Shown in pieces: positions 10,901 to 20,210 of a stretch of DNA of 64,000 bases. Within the stretch, counting starts at the first letter, position 1; each line of letters begins with the position of its first letter. Origin of the DNA: a virus. The translations under genes and the position numbers were made by a program. The DNA is taken from the IMG/VR virus record IMGVR_UViG_3300023174_000063, one strand, 5' to 3'. A model generated the notes under the pieces. It worked only from the letters and a program-made list of their open reading frames with translations, had not been told where the DNA came from and ran no database searches.

Positions 10901-11887
10901 ATTCAAGAATTTTTCATTAAAAATATTTCAAATTTAGTTGAAAATGATGACTTGGCGATCATCTTTGGACTTCCCGCTGGTTTGCTTAATGGTCTTAGGC
11001 AGAAAAAGTTTGTAGAGGAAGCGACACGAGACAATGCCGTTCCTCGACTCACTGCAGATTCGCAGCAAGACACCAAGATTTTTAGCTTAGATATTTGTAA
11101 AATTAATGAACTCTACCCCGAGCGAGGTATTGCTGAGACTTCTGTCAAATTTGACTCAGAACTCTTCATACTCCCGGGTGATCTTTCTTTCAATACGAAT
11201 GCTTTGACAGGAGATATCATTGAGTCTCTCATGAGTGTTATTGAAGGGACAACTTTTACTAGAATTGTTAATGGAAAAATAGAAGAAAGACTAAAAGGCT
11301 ATGAAATGGTTGCTGCAGCTGCCAACGAAGACGATCTTTTGTTGACACTTCAAAATCATGTTATTGATAGAATTTATAAGAATTTTATTAACTCTACATT
11401 GGGCATATGCATTGAAGATCATTTGTGGTTCGCAAATAATGCGCTTAGTGAAATCTTGATTGACGATGTGACATTTGATAATCTGCAAAAATTGCTGCTT
11501 GACAGCTCAATTTCTTCAACATTAAAATTAAGTGTCGATTCTTTGGTGGCAATGTTTGAAAATGCTGGAGTTAATTCTCCTGCTGGAATTAGACGTCTAA
11601 AGTCACCCCAGCTTCTAAATGAAATCATTAAAAGAAATCAACTCAGTAAAAAAGATGTTGAGACACTAGTTAAAATTCTGAGCAACACAGACCTTAGTTC
11701 GCAAGTAGAGGTACAAAAAATTATTTCTCCTAGACTTTTTGATCGTATATTCGCAGTTTTATTTACAAAAAATCCTATTTTGCAAAATAGAGTTAACTTT
11801 TTAAGATCTTTTCCAGAAGATGAAAGCTATGCGACAGAAATATATTCAATGTCTGGATATGCGTACCGCATTACTAATATTTCCTAG
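7967..11887 (+). CDS. Large hypothetical virion protein with N-terminal Dx[DN]xDG Ca-binding loops
   Basis: 1306-aa ORF with GGAG RBS; DINRDGRID and DLNADGIIN motifs followed by a charged helix. Confidence 0.5.
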   Translation: MPSNNSANNNPSSQSSIRRAWGLNLRNFREVDLLNRRDRDVWYEAFDINRDGRIDRSDDLNADGIINNDDYQRQQIRSTARIEREAAEAKAELEALIEAEEQRRREEEQRRREEVGANSIRRTTAMLEDTNTSVEESILNVTEAIGAATTIQSDAASQFKFADNEAVTSDEGRLVIDSGFDIVRALNESSMSFLRPEIIAKISLLPFVSNVNSNLLDLHDLKIFERYIALESLDKDWQQVSSLMQPDIKQSILVSKSAANANMISDIEFYSNLNDMMNTIVKLLDIKNQSRQTTEHAKLFLQNFVENREQSLFPNPDSLEEFLEFSCGLISSNYFSNTKLVHSLIREFANSIIRHHPKLLSNSTRMDRYSVKFNSYMPEGAYTHDLSIKALGTRDITSTVYADGSISANILNRRCLDATYTNALPGITQLDRSRDRLKILACLLHNELSVSAGIGKLIGTVIGNKFNIAGNDPIETVLGGFFKNEGNVLLGTGSPMSYADFLVLNESSESLGSESVKILPFEVSAIVSNGKNYLPGSKYFVHLPVQKGLPATPLAQFAKKFEDLNVDAQDALRKLLSFDSECKFTPADIVIRCLKDVRKSLDVLLDDSSSLNKSLTAAFLSKLRWNSRRSNTSIVNTQGTPGVSALDLLFISCANKRDVSDKNASHVPNFSFPVFAAGSRIDDFVIESKISSQEGLTGNYIERLNSILFELGQGDVASIFPSPQDDFEKANFFGYEKTILDDIIANLRSIQQEAFNAGNYLDNDKFTRYNRWDDNTLLACMFEITRCLMKELIRIDDLSVRFDGRDGSKYRVQITDVNKVDLIKLRDFLDIVITTFESGIDLNSIFANQLSSPVAGVFSSTRFKEGGLSAGDLIDIINSLIDHRKFFKMCLGYLDGFAQNIIEANVKMTEFFQRKNSNESTFAERFQRLYQDENGRMSIEMITKEQNSLRTAYSLASQPMQRPSKIKKSTINTKMEDDIQEFFIKNISNLVENDDLAIIFGLPAGLLNGLRQKKFVEEATRDNAVPRLTADSQQDTKIFSLDICKINELYPERGIAETSVKFDSELFILPGDLSFNTNALTGDIIESLMSVIEGTTFTRIVNGKIEERLKGYEMVAAAANEDDLLLTLQNHVIDRIYKNFINSTLGICIEDHLWFANNALSEILIDDVTFDNLQKLLLDSSISSTLKLSVDSLVAMFENAGVNSPAGIRRLKSPQLLNEIIKRNQLSKKDVETLVKILSNTDLSSQVEVQKIISPRLFDRIFAVLFTKNPILQNRVNFLRSFPEDESYATEIYSMSGYAYRITNIS
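8264..8305 (+). repeat. Perfect 21-bp tandem duplication (EEQRRRE x2)
   Basis: gaagaacaacgaagaagagaa at 8264-8284 and 8285-8305. Confidence 0.9.
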
Positions 11888-11902
11888 GCAGCTAGAGGGT
11901 AC

Positions 11903-13780
11903 ATGACTACTACATACATGTCTCGAGAGTTAATTTCGCTGGCAGTGCCAGATGTCACTAGTTTTACGGCAGAGTTTGTCTATAATTTTTTTGTTGTTGA
12001 CGAAGCAATATCTGAGAAAGAATCATTGCAAATTGATGCAATCAAGAAGTCTTTTCCAGAGTCTAGCCGTAGAAAGGATGCATCATTGACTAGGATTCTA
12101 TCTAGTCTGCCTAGATATGTTGATATTTCATTGAGAAAAGTAACTGGAGCCGACAGCACGTGGGCGTCGAGCTTCTTGGAAGAGCAACTAAAAATTTCAA
12201 ATTTTGACAATCTCTCCTTGGGTCAAACTGAAGATAATATTATGACAAGGGGCTGGTCAAAATTTACTTTTGAAGACGCAACAATATCAAATCGTCTGCA
12301 AACAATCGTAATGAGAGAAATTCAAAAATTATTTCCAGATACTAATATTAATACTGCGCAGATGTCACAAACAGACTTGGCAAAAGCAATTAATGATGCA
12401 ACATCTGGAAGAGTTGATGGCAACATTGCGCACAAATTAGTAAGTGATCTTTCTAGCGATGGTGTAACATTTTATGATCGACAAAATAGAGAAATAAAAA
12501 ATGAAATTTATGCCAATGCCGCCTCAGTTAAATTTGATGTCAACATCAACAGCCGGCTTATCGGTGACGCCTATAAATTAATGTCAAACAACATCTTTGC
12601 ACCGAGCGTTCTAAGTGGCGCGACTGAAACAGATGTGATTGTTTTTCAAGAGAAATTTAGAATGAATAGTAATTCTGCGATATCTCCTGACGATTATGTT
12701 CCTGACATTGTGTTTGTCAATCGAGAATTGATTAAAAAAACTCCTGCACAAAAAAATCAAGATATTTCTCCGAGGTACGGCACGTGCGGCTATGTTATTG
12801 ACAAATATGAAATCGATGCTCAGGGTAGAAGAGTTTTCGTAGAAAAGCTCTTTTTAAGCGGACATACAAATACAAATTTTATTGATGCAAAAGTTGCCTA
12901 TGGGAAAACTTACTCTTACGAAGCAAGAACTCTCAATTTAATTGAAATGGTTGTCGACGCAGATGTTTTTGAGACTAAACTTCGACGCGACAGAGTCAAC
13001 GAAGACTCGACATATCTAGTAAAGTTTTTTGTGTGTTCACGCCCTTCAAAGCAAATAATTGTCAAATGTGTCGACAATGTCGCGCCACCGCCTCCTGATT
13101 TAATTAATTATTTTTTTGACTATGAAAAAAATAACTTGCTCATTACATGGAAATTTCCTCATACGCCGCAGCGAGACATCAAAAAATTTCAAATTTTTAA
13201 ACGCTCAAGCATTGATGAACCTTTTACACTGATTGCGCAATATGATTTTAATGATGCAGTTGTTAAAATGCCTATGATAGAAGTCATCGATCCCAATTTA
13301 AATTTTATTGTCGAAAATGCAAAAAAATCACATGTTGATTATGACTTTGATAAAAGTGGCAGTGCAATCTACGCCATCGTTTCGGTTGATGCACATAATT
13401 TAACGTCTAATTACAGCTATCAAACACACGTCTCCTTTGATAGATCGAAAAACGTCATCGAAACAAAAAGTGTTTCGCCCTCGGGTGCACCAAAGCAATA
13501 CCCGAATTTCTTAATTAGCGCAACGCTGGCACAGAATACCGAAACAATTAGGTATACAGAAGATGTCATGAAAGACAGCGGGCATTCTAGAATGAGGATA
13601 TATTTTGATCCGGAGGCACTGTCTATTGAAGGACATGAATTTCTCGCAAGATCTCCTGACAGCTTTAATAGACAGATAAATAGAGCTGGTGTCTATAAAT
13701 TTCAAGTTTTAAATATTGACAGACAAAAAATGAAAATTATTGAGGTCAATATTAATGATAAGCGTGTTGAAACAAATTGA
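11903..13780 (+). CDS. Hypothetical virion protein with Fn3-like segments
   Basis: FIDAKVAYGKTYSYEART, APPPPD..LLITW..IKKFQIFKR and YAIVSVDAH are Fn3-like patterns. Confidence 0.5.
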   Translation: MTTTYMSRELISLAVPDVTSFTAEFVYNFFVVDEAISEKESLQIDAIKKSFPESSRRKDASLTRILSSLPRYVDISLRKVTGADSTWASSFLEEQLKISNFDNLSLGQTEDNIMTRGWSKFTFEDATISNRLQTIVMREIQKLFPDTNINTAQMSQTDLAKAINDATSGRVDGNIAHKLVSDLSSDGVTFYDRQNREIKNEIYANAASVKFDVNINSRLIGDAYKLMSNNIFAPSVLSGATETDVIVFQEKFRMNSNSAISPDDYVPDIVFVNRELIKKTPAQKNQDISPRYGTCGYVIDKYEIDAQGRRVFVEKLFLSGHTNTNFIDAKVAYGKTYSYEARTLNLIEMVVDADVFETKLRRDRVNEDSTYLVKFFVCSRPSKQIIVKCVDNVAPPPPDLINYFFDYEKNNLLITWKFPHTPQRDIKKFQIFKRSSIDEPFTLIAQYDFNDAVVKMPMIEVIDPNLNFIVENAKKSHVDYDFDKSGSAIYAIVSVDAHNLTSNYSYQTHVSFDRSKNVIETKSVSPSGAPKQYPNFLISATLAQNTETIRYTEDVMKDSGHSRMRIYFDPEALSIEGHEFLARSPDSFNRQINRAGVYKFQVLNIDRQKMKIIEVNINDKRVETN

Positions 13781-13810
13781 TTGTATTTTACCAGCATGCT
13801 CTAGATACAT

Positions 13811-13817
13811 ATACTTA
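13811..13817 (+). promoter_or_regulatory. Putative late-promoter motif ATACTTA
   Basis: Recurrent intergenic motif, here 17 nt upstream of the 13835 start. Confidence 0.55.
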
Positions 13818-13834
13818 CATGTGCGAGGTGAAAA

Positions 13835-14539
13835 ATGGGCTTTTTAGATCATTCGACAAACAACATTATTGTTGATGCAGTATTAACAGATAGAGGGCGA
13901 GAGCTTCTAGCCGCTCAAAACAGCAGCAGTGTTAGGTTTAATATCACGAAATTCTCACTTTCAGATGATGAAGTTGATTATACTATCATTAAAAAGTATG
14001 GTAGAACTGTTGGCAAAGAAAAAATAATAAAAAATACACCTATTTTTGAAGCACAGACAAAAGCCTATCTTGCACAAAAATATCGTCTAATTTCTCTTAG
14101 TGACGCGGTTCTAACAACACTTCCTACAATCACGGTCTCACCTGCTGCATTGACATTTAACAGACAGATTGTAGCACAACAAAGACAGACTGTTAGAGTT
14201 GACACCTTGATGTCAAACGCTGTTATACCTGCAGAACTTGCAGATGAAAATTATTTTGTTACAATACCGAGCAAACTTTTGTCAATTACGCCGAGCAAGA
14301 AAGAAATTGATATCGATGAATCAACTTCCTTGCTTAATGCTACGTACTTGGTAGAAGGTAATATCAAATCTGGCAATGCTACGGAGGCACAGTTTACACT
14401 GCAGGTAAATTCAACAATTGACGATACACTACTTTCTGTTTATGGTGATGGAAGCGGAAATATCAGTGCACTTATTTCAATTGTCGGTGCAAATTCAGGA
14501 TCACGTCAAGATTTGACTTTTACTATCACCAGTCTATAA
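13835..14539 (+). CDS. Baseplate-region structural protein
   Basis: MGFLD...DAVLTDRGRELLA...FNITKFSLSDDEVDY; resembles the N-terminal part of tail-collar/fibre attachment domains. Confidence 0.55.
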   Translation: MGFLDHSTNNIIVDAVLTDRGRELLAAQNSSSVRFNITKFSLSDDEVDYTIIKKYGRTVGKEKIIKNTPIFEAQTKAYLAQKYRLISLSDAVLTTLPTITVSPAALTFNRQIVAQQRQTVRVDTLMSNAVIPAELADENYFVTIPSKLLSITPSKKEIDIDESTSLLNATYLVEGNIKSGNATEAQFTLQVNSTIDDTLLSVYGDGSGNISALISIVGANSGSRQDLTFTITSL

Positions 14540-14565
14540 AATATAAGATTTAACAGGAGATAATA

Positions 14566-15831
14566 ATGACCCCGGGAAGTTTTAAAATACTTGGTTCATC
14601 TGATAAAAAGTCAACAAGGTCTGCACTTAATCAGCTAGTCGATGTCGTTCAAGAGGATATTTCAGGTTCATTTACGCGCAGGACGTACCAAGTGTTTGTT
14701 ACAGGCGGCGTTGGTCCCGGTGTCACTTCTTCGTTATTCCAGACTGTATACGACCAAGATTACACGCTGCAAACTGCAAATCCTGTTTTTGATATGACAG
14801 TAGGTCTATACTCTGGAAGTGATGTGGTCATGACTGTCAACGGCGGAGATCCTCCAGCAATTGACACTGCTGGAAAAATGCTTTTTCCATCTACGTCACT
14901 TATGATGCGTGAAAAAATTGATATCTATAAGCAGTTTGCAAAAAACTGCCTGGGCGATTCTAACGCGACATTTACATCTCCTTTTGGCGGAGCTGAGGCT
15001 GCCGATCGCATCGATGAGGCACTTTTTATTTCTTTCAAGCGACTTTTTGCCAGAGATCATATCAAGAAAGAAACAGTTGCGCTTAGATTTGCAAGAGAAG
15101 CAGTCGATACAATGAATGACGATCCGGATCCGGGCGTTCACACGTCAAACCTAGATGTGACAAGTGAAGATACTCCCAAGATCTATACAGATATTGGCGC
15201 ATCAACTTCAACAAGAAGAACTTTTGGCGGAGATGTTGCAAACATAGTAGATGCATCAGATACTACGTCAAAAGTGGGTTTGATCTTTTACGAGCAGGGA
15301 ACAATAGTACTAGATCTCAAGAAGATCATTAACGGCAATCAGCATTGCTCGGGTGTCATTGATGCAATGAACGCTGGCTCTCCTGATTCTGGTGCAGGTC
15401 TTCCAGTTGGGACAATGGTGATGGGAAGAGACGATGTTGATCTCGCAAATCCTGATGCTACATTTATACCAGACCTACTTGTTTCAGCATCTATTGATGA
15501 CATTGTTGACCATATTGCCTCGTGCAGGTTCAGTTCAGGTTCACTGACAGCGATGACATTTCAGAATTCTACGTTAATTCAGTCATCAATTTATTTCTGT
15601 CGGGCATCGGCAGATGAGTTTAACTATTCGACTAATCCTACGTACGTAACAGACGGCAGGATTAATGTTATTGATACAGGTGAAGAAGCTACTCAAAGAT
15701 CTTTTACATTCCCAACTACAATTGGTCTGCACAATGATGACGGTGAATTGCTAGCTGTCGCAAAGCTTTCACGTCCAATTGAAAAGAATGATGAGAGAGA
15801 CGTTACGTTTAGAGTAAGACTAGACTTCTAA
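14566..15831 (+). CDS. Baseplate-region structural protein
   Basis: C-terminal FNYSTNPTY...TTIGLHNDDGELLAVAKLSRPIEK...RVRLDF; AGGAG RBS. Confidence 0.6.
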   Translation: MTPGSFKILGSSDKKSTRSALNQLVDVVQEDISGSFTRRTYQVFVTGGVGPGVTSSLFQTVYDQDYTLQTANPVFDMTVGLYSGSDVVMTVNGGDPPAIDTAGKMLFPSTSLMMREKIDIYKQFAKNCLGDSNATFTSPFGGAEAADRIDEALFISFKRLFARDHIKKETVALRFAREAVDTMNDDPDPGVHTSNLDVTSEDTPKIYTDIGASTSTRRTFGGDVANIVDASDTTSKVGLIFYEQGTIVLDLKKIINGNQHCSGVIDAMNAGSPDSGAGLPVGTMVMGRDDVDLANPDATFIPDLLVSASIDDIVDHIASCRFSSGSLTAMTFQNSTLIQSSIYFCRASADEFNYSTNPTYVTDGRINVIDTGEEATQRSFTFPTTIGLHNDDGELLAVAKLSRPIEKNDERDVTFRVRLDF

Positions 15832-15845
15832 AAAACGGAGAGTCT

Positions 15846-18590
15846 ATGTCGATTAATCCGCTATCTCAAGAAAATTTTGAAAACTATACTATTAAAACTC
15901 ACACACATAGAGTTTTTAGTTCGTCTTCAACTGGACAGACAGGAGATTTGCGTGTTTTTTCTCGTGCTAGTGACATAGAGAAAGATACTGTCCCGGCAGG
16001 AGACAACATGCAATCTCCTGCTGTCAACGAAGAGACAATTGAGAAAAAATTGCACGATATAGTCGCAAACATTGCCGATTCAACTGATATTTTTTCTCAA
16101 ATTGAAAGCTATATGATCGCTGTTAATGGAACAGAAGTTTCAAAAACAAGGCAAAAAAGTGTCGGAATCTTAAGGTTTGAACCCAGTGTCAGGTTTACAA
16201 AAGATACAGGCCGTAAAAATACGGTAAGACAATGTCTATTTCCTTTTTATTCCGGAAAATACAGAAGCTGCGAATGGTCATATCCAAATTATCATACAAT
16301 TAACTTCTTTACAAGCTCTGACGTGCCAACGTCATCAGTTTTAATTTACCCGGCTGCATCAGGAACTGCGAGACCTGTTGCAATTACAGAAGGCAATCCC
16401 GAAGGATTTCCTTACTCACCTCATGATTCTTTTTCTTTTGAATTCTGGATTAATCCTAGATATACAGCAGATAATGCTGAGAGTGCATACACTGCTGGGA
16501 CTATTCTGCATCTGTCGTCTAGCTATGCAATTTCTTTAGTAACAGGCTCAAGTAGAGACGAAGATGAAATCCCTACGGGATTTAGAATAATGCTCCAACT
16601 AAGTGAGAGTGCTAATATTCCTCCTTCAAGCGTAGATCTAAACTCTCCACCTGAACTAGTTTTTGTTTCGTCTGACAATAGTCTGACTTATAACAATTGG
16701 CATCACGTTGCTATTAGATGGGGAGGTCTCCAGGTCAATGCCGGCACAGGCTCATTTGTTATTGATGGAAAAATAAACGAAGAGTTCTGTTTGCCTTATG
16801 CGTCTGTGATGCCGATGTCTTTTGACCCACCAATATCGGATCCGGATGGCTTGTTTGTTGGCAATTTTTTTGAGCAAATTACACCAGCGGCAGTAGTTTC
16901 AAGATTTTTTAATGTAAATGCTGCTTATAACGATGGAATTATTAGCTTTTTTCCTATTTTTGCTGAAACAAGGTCGATAGAAGTTTCTGATAGCAGTATT
17001 GTTAAGTTGACTGTGGTCAACGAAGCAGGCCCGGGAATTAATCTTGTAGTTGATTTGGATTTTAAGCATGTACCAGGAAATCCTGCAGCAGGAATTCCTA
17101 CTGCAGGAACTGTTTTTAGTTTTACTGATTACGCTTCGAACACAGTAACAATTACATTTGTTGAAGGCGTGGCAGAAGACAACCAAATCAGTATTGATTC
17201 ACTAGCGAGCACTGAAGATGCTATTGAGGCCCTCAAAAATGCAATTAATACTTTGATTGATGAGTTTTTTTCTGCATCAAGTTCTGGAAAAATTTTGACA
17301 GTGACAGGTTTGTCATATGCTTTTAGTGACGACGACGCAGCGTTCTCAGACCCGCCGACAGACTCATATTATCTTAGGCATCCTTTAAATGCAGAAATAC
17401 ATGAGATAAAAATTTACAACACGTACAGAAGTGTTGATAGCATTATTAGCGGATCAAAAACTAGTGTAACCGAAATAACTGATGACTTGCTTTTTTATCT
17501 GCCGCCCTTTTTTACCAAAACAACTGCAAAGCGCAATGTGTTGCAAACGCCATTTCAGTCTGCAAGAACGTCGACAAACGATCCTTTCAATGTTGCGCTT
17601 TCTTTTGGAATTGGCGGGCGAGAAATAAATCTTCCAAATTTTCTTAAAGAATTTGTGCAGGAAACACACCCGCGTCTACTTTATCTGACCGCTTCAGAAA
17701 TAGCATACGGTGTCAATGAAGGCAAGACTGCAAATGATTTGCTCTACGAGTCTCCAAACTTAAGAAAAGCAAATTTGACTATTTTACCAAACGACAATGG
17801 CCTTTTTTACCCCAACTATACGCTTCTTTCATTAGATCCAGAAAATTCTGATCGTTTTGTCAATCGATTTGGCGAAATTGAATATTCAAAAATAAGACTA
17901 GATGACATGGTTAGTTTAGAAAGTATTGCCAAAGGCACACCTTCCGATGACGATGCCGGCGGCTTTCTTCTAGGTGAAATTGCTACTCCAGAAGACCCAG
18001 GTTTGGCTCCCGGAAATATTTTGACTATTCTCAATAGAACCAGGGACACGTCTTCTAATGAAGTTGTATTTTTTGATGCGTCAAATCTCTATTATGGAAA
18101 TCAAATTAAAGTTAACTCTTTAACAATTTGTGATCCCTCTCTGACAGGCTCTGGTGGAAAAGTTTCAATTTGCTTAAAAGACAACGGCATTGGTGGCCTT
18201 TATAGGGCAGACTGCCTAACGAAGCAAGCAAACTGGAATGAAGTTGGAGCAATTCTCTATGAAGAAGGATTGCTCACCATTAAGTCACCTAATCTTCCCA
18301 TGTTCGGAAAAGACAGATGGGATATAGAATTCGATGGCGAACACAATGTCTATGTAATGGAAGTGAATATTCCCTGCGCAAAAGGACAGTTTAATTCATC
18401 ATCAAATCCTAACTGGCAAGCTTTGTACGCTAGCGACGATGCAAATCTCGTAGAAGATAAATTCTGCTACATAACAGGACTGAATCTACATGATGAAAAC
18501 TTTAATGTCATCGCGCGCATGAATCTGGCGCAGCCAGTTGTTAAAAAAGAGTCTGATAAATATTTGTTCAGAGTCAAGATAGACTTTTAA
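15846..18590 (+). CDS. Structural protein with LamG/concanavalin-A-like domain
   Basis: FSFEFWINP, NNWHHVAIRW and EIHEIKIYN are LamG-like motifs. The C-terminus is paralogous to 14566..15831 (YITGLNLHDENFNVIARMNLAQPV..RVKIDF). Confidence 0.6.
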   Translation: MSINPLSQENFENYTIKTHTHRVFSSSSTGQTGDLRVFSRASDIEKDTVPAGDNMQSPAVNEETIEKKLHDIVANIADSTDIFSQIESYMIAVNGTEVSKTRQKSVGILRFEPSVRFTKDTGRKNTVRQCLFPFYSGKYRSCEWSYPNYHTINFFTSSDVPTSSVLIYPAASGTARPVAITEGNPEGFPYSPHDSFSFEFWINPRYTADNAESAYTAGTILHLSSSYAISLVTGSSRDEDEIPTGFRIMLQLSESANIPPSSVDLNSPPELVFVSSDNSLTYNNWHHVAIRWGGLQVNAGTGSFVIDGKINEEFCLPYASVMPMSFDPPISDPDGLFVGNFFEQITPAAVVSRFFNVNAAYNDGIISFFPIFAETRSIEVSDSSIVKLTVVNEAGPGINLVVDLDFKHVPGNPAAGIPTAGTVFSFTDYASNTVTITFVEGVAEDNQISIDSLASTEDAIEALKNAINTLIDEFFSASSSGKILTVTGLSYAFSDDDAAFSDPPTDSYYLRHPLNAEIHEIKIYNTYRSVDSIISGSKTSVTEITDDLLFYLPPFFTKTTAKRNVLQTPFQSARTSTNDPFNVALSFGIGGREINLPNFLKEFVQETHPRLLYLTASEIAYGVNEGKTANDLLYESPNLRKANLTILPNDNGLFYPNYTLLSLDPENSDRFVNRFGEIEYSKIRLDDMVSLESIAKGTPSDDDAGGFLLGEIATPEDPGLAPGNILTILNRTRDTSSNEVVFFDASNLYYGNQIKVNSLTICDPSLTGSGGKVSICLKDNGIGGLYRADCLTKQANWNEVGAILYEEGLLTIKSPNLPMFGKDRWDIEFDGEHNVYVMEVNIPCAKGQFNSSSNPNWQALYASDDANLVEDKFCYITGLNLHDENFNVIARMNLAQPVVKKESDKYLFRVKIDF

Positions 18591-18591
18591 T

Positions 18592-19158
18592 GTGCTAGCA
18601 CTCGGTTTAGACATTTCAACTAGTTGCACAGGATGGTGCATTATCGAATTCGATCAATCATCTGTCACGTCAATGTCAATGGGCGCTTTGCGCCTAGACA
18701 ACATCGAAAAAACTTATCAAAAAGCAAATGTTGTTAGAGACTTCTTCCTCTCAGTTAAGACAAGAAATTTTGATAAAATTTTTATAGAAGAGAATCTGCA
18801 ATCATTTTCTTCAGGGCTCAGCTCTGCGCAGACGCTTGTTACGTTAGCAAGATTTAATGGAATTATATCCTATATATCAGAAAACGTGCTCGGAGTTTCA
18901 CCTACATTTATAAATGTCAATACAGCAAGGAATTCCTTGGGACTCAAAACTATCAAAGAAAAAGTTTCAGGAATTCCTTTAAAAGAACAGGTTCATAATT
19001 GGGTTAAAAACGATCATATTCGTCGAAACTTAACAGTCGAGTGGCCCACAAAATGTCTCAAGTCAGGCTCAAGAAAAGGACAAGTGGTACTTGATAGCAG
19101 CGCATTTGATATGTCTGATGCATACGTCATCGCTTTAGCAGGATTGATAGCACTATAA
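18592..19158 (+). CDS. RuvC-like Holliday junction resolvase
   Basis: LGLDISTSCTGWC, IFIEE and DMSDAYVIA form the RNase H-fold acidic motifs. Confidence 0.8.
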   Translation: MLALGLDISTSCTGWCIIEFDQSSVTSMSMGALRLDNIEKTYQKANVVRDFFLSVKTRNFDKIFIEENLQSFSSGLSSAQTLVTLARFNGIISYISENVLGVSPTFINVNTARNSLGLKTIKEKVSGIPLKEQVHNWVKNDHIRRNLTVEWPTKCLKSGSRKGQVVLDSSAFDMSDAYVIALAGLIAL

Positions 19159-19179
19159 AACAACAAGTTTGATATGCCA

Positions 19180-19208
19180 TTGTACACATTTTCTTAGCCT
19201 CATACAAT
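19180..19208 (+). promoter_or_regulatory. Sigma70-like promoter TTGTAC-N17-TACAAT
   Basis: -35 at 19180-19185, 17-bp spacer, -10 at 19203-19208, directly before the primase start. Confidence 0.6.
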
Positions 19209-19215
19209 ATGAGAG

Positions 19216-20199
19216 ATGAGTGCTACTTCAATCGATAAAATTTCCCTTCTGACACGATCTTTCGGGAGTATTGAGGTTTGTCGAGATGACACTAATGTTA
19301 CGGCTCTTTGCCCTATTTGTGCCAAACAGGGTTCCTCAAAGAAAAAGCTTTCAATTAGATTAGATGATGGACGCTATCATTGCTGGGTTTGTGGCAGCAA
19401 AGGTAGAACAATCGTACATTTGATCAAGAAGTATCATCCAAACTTTATTGAAGAAGCAAAAAAATACTTTAAAATTAAAGGTGGCAACTTTGATCTCTTT
19501 GGCGAAGAAGAAACTCCTGAAGTCGCTGAGGAAAAAGTTGAAGTGCCTGAAGATTTTCGACTTCTTGGAACACTCTTGGAGTCCAAGAGTCCTGATGTGC
19601 GCGCTGTTTTGCAATATTGCTCCTCTAGAGGCTTAAGCGTAAGAGATCTGTGGTACTACAAACTAGGCATCAGCTCTGAAACTAGGTTTAATAGACGAGT
19701 CATTATTCCTTCATTTGATGATGCGGGTATTATTAATTTTTATTCGGCGAGGTCAATTGATAAAGTTCGCAGAATGAAGTATTTGAACGCATCAATTCAG
19801 AAAACAAAAATAATTTTTAATGAGATCAATATCGATTGGTCAAAAGAACTTGCTCTAGTTGAAGGCCCATTTGACTTAATGAAGTGCGACGAGAACTCAA
19901 CGTGCCTTTTAGGGTCGCAGCTATCTAAAGAATCAAAACTATTTAGACAGATCGTTAGAAACCAGACGCCCATTGTGCTTGCACTTGATCCTGACGCAAT
20001 TCAAAAGACGCATAAGATTGCAGCAGAACTCACTTCATTTGGAGTTAGTGTAAAACTAGCTTCCATACCTGAAGACAAAGACGTTGGTGACATGACTCAC
20101 GAAGAATTTTCTTCAATTAGAAAAAATTCAAAAATTTGGAACACTGACTCTCGACTTTTTACAATGATTGCGTCTATCAAGAGTGGATCACTAATTTAA
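19216..20199 (+). CDS. DNA primase (Zn-binding + TOPRIM)
   Basis: CPIC...YHCWVCG zinc ribbon, RVIIPSFD, YLN, LVEGPFD and LALDPDA...KDVGDM TOPRIM motifs. Confidence 0.9.
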   Translation: MSATSIDKISLLTRSFGSIEVCRDDTNVTALCPICAKQGSSKKKLSIRLDDGRYHCWVCGSKGRTIVHLIKKYHPNFIEEAKKYFKIKGGNFDLFGEEETPEVAEEKVEVPEDFRLLGTLLESKSPDVRAVLQYCSSRGLSVRDLWYYKLGISSETRFNRRVIIPSFDDAGIINFYSARSIDKVRRMKYLNASIQKTKIIFNEINIDWSKELALVEGPFDLMKCDENSTCLLGSQLSKESKLFRQIVRNQTPIVLALDPDAIQKTHKIAAELTSFGVSVKLASIPEDKDVGDMTHEEFSSIRKNSKIWNTDSRLFTMIASIKSGSLI

Positions 20200-20210
20200 G
20201 AGGAGACAAA

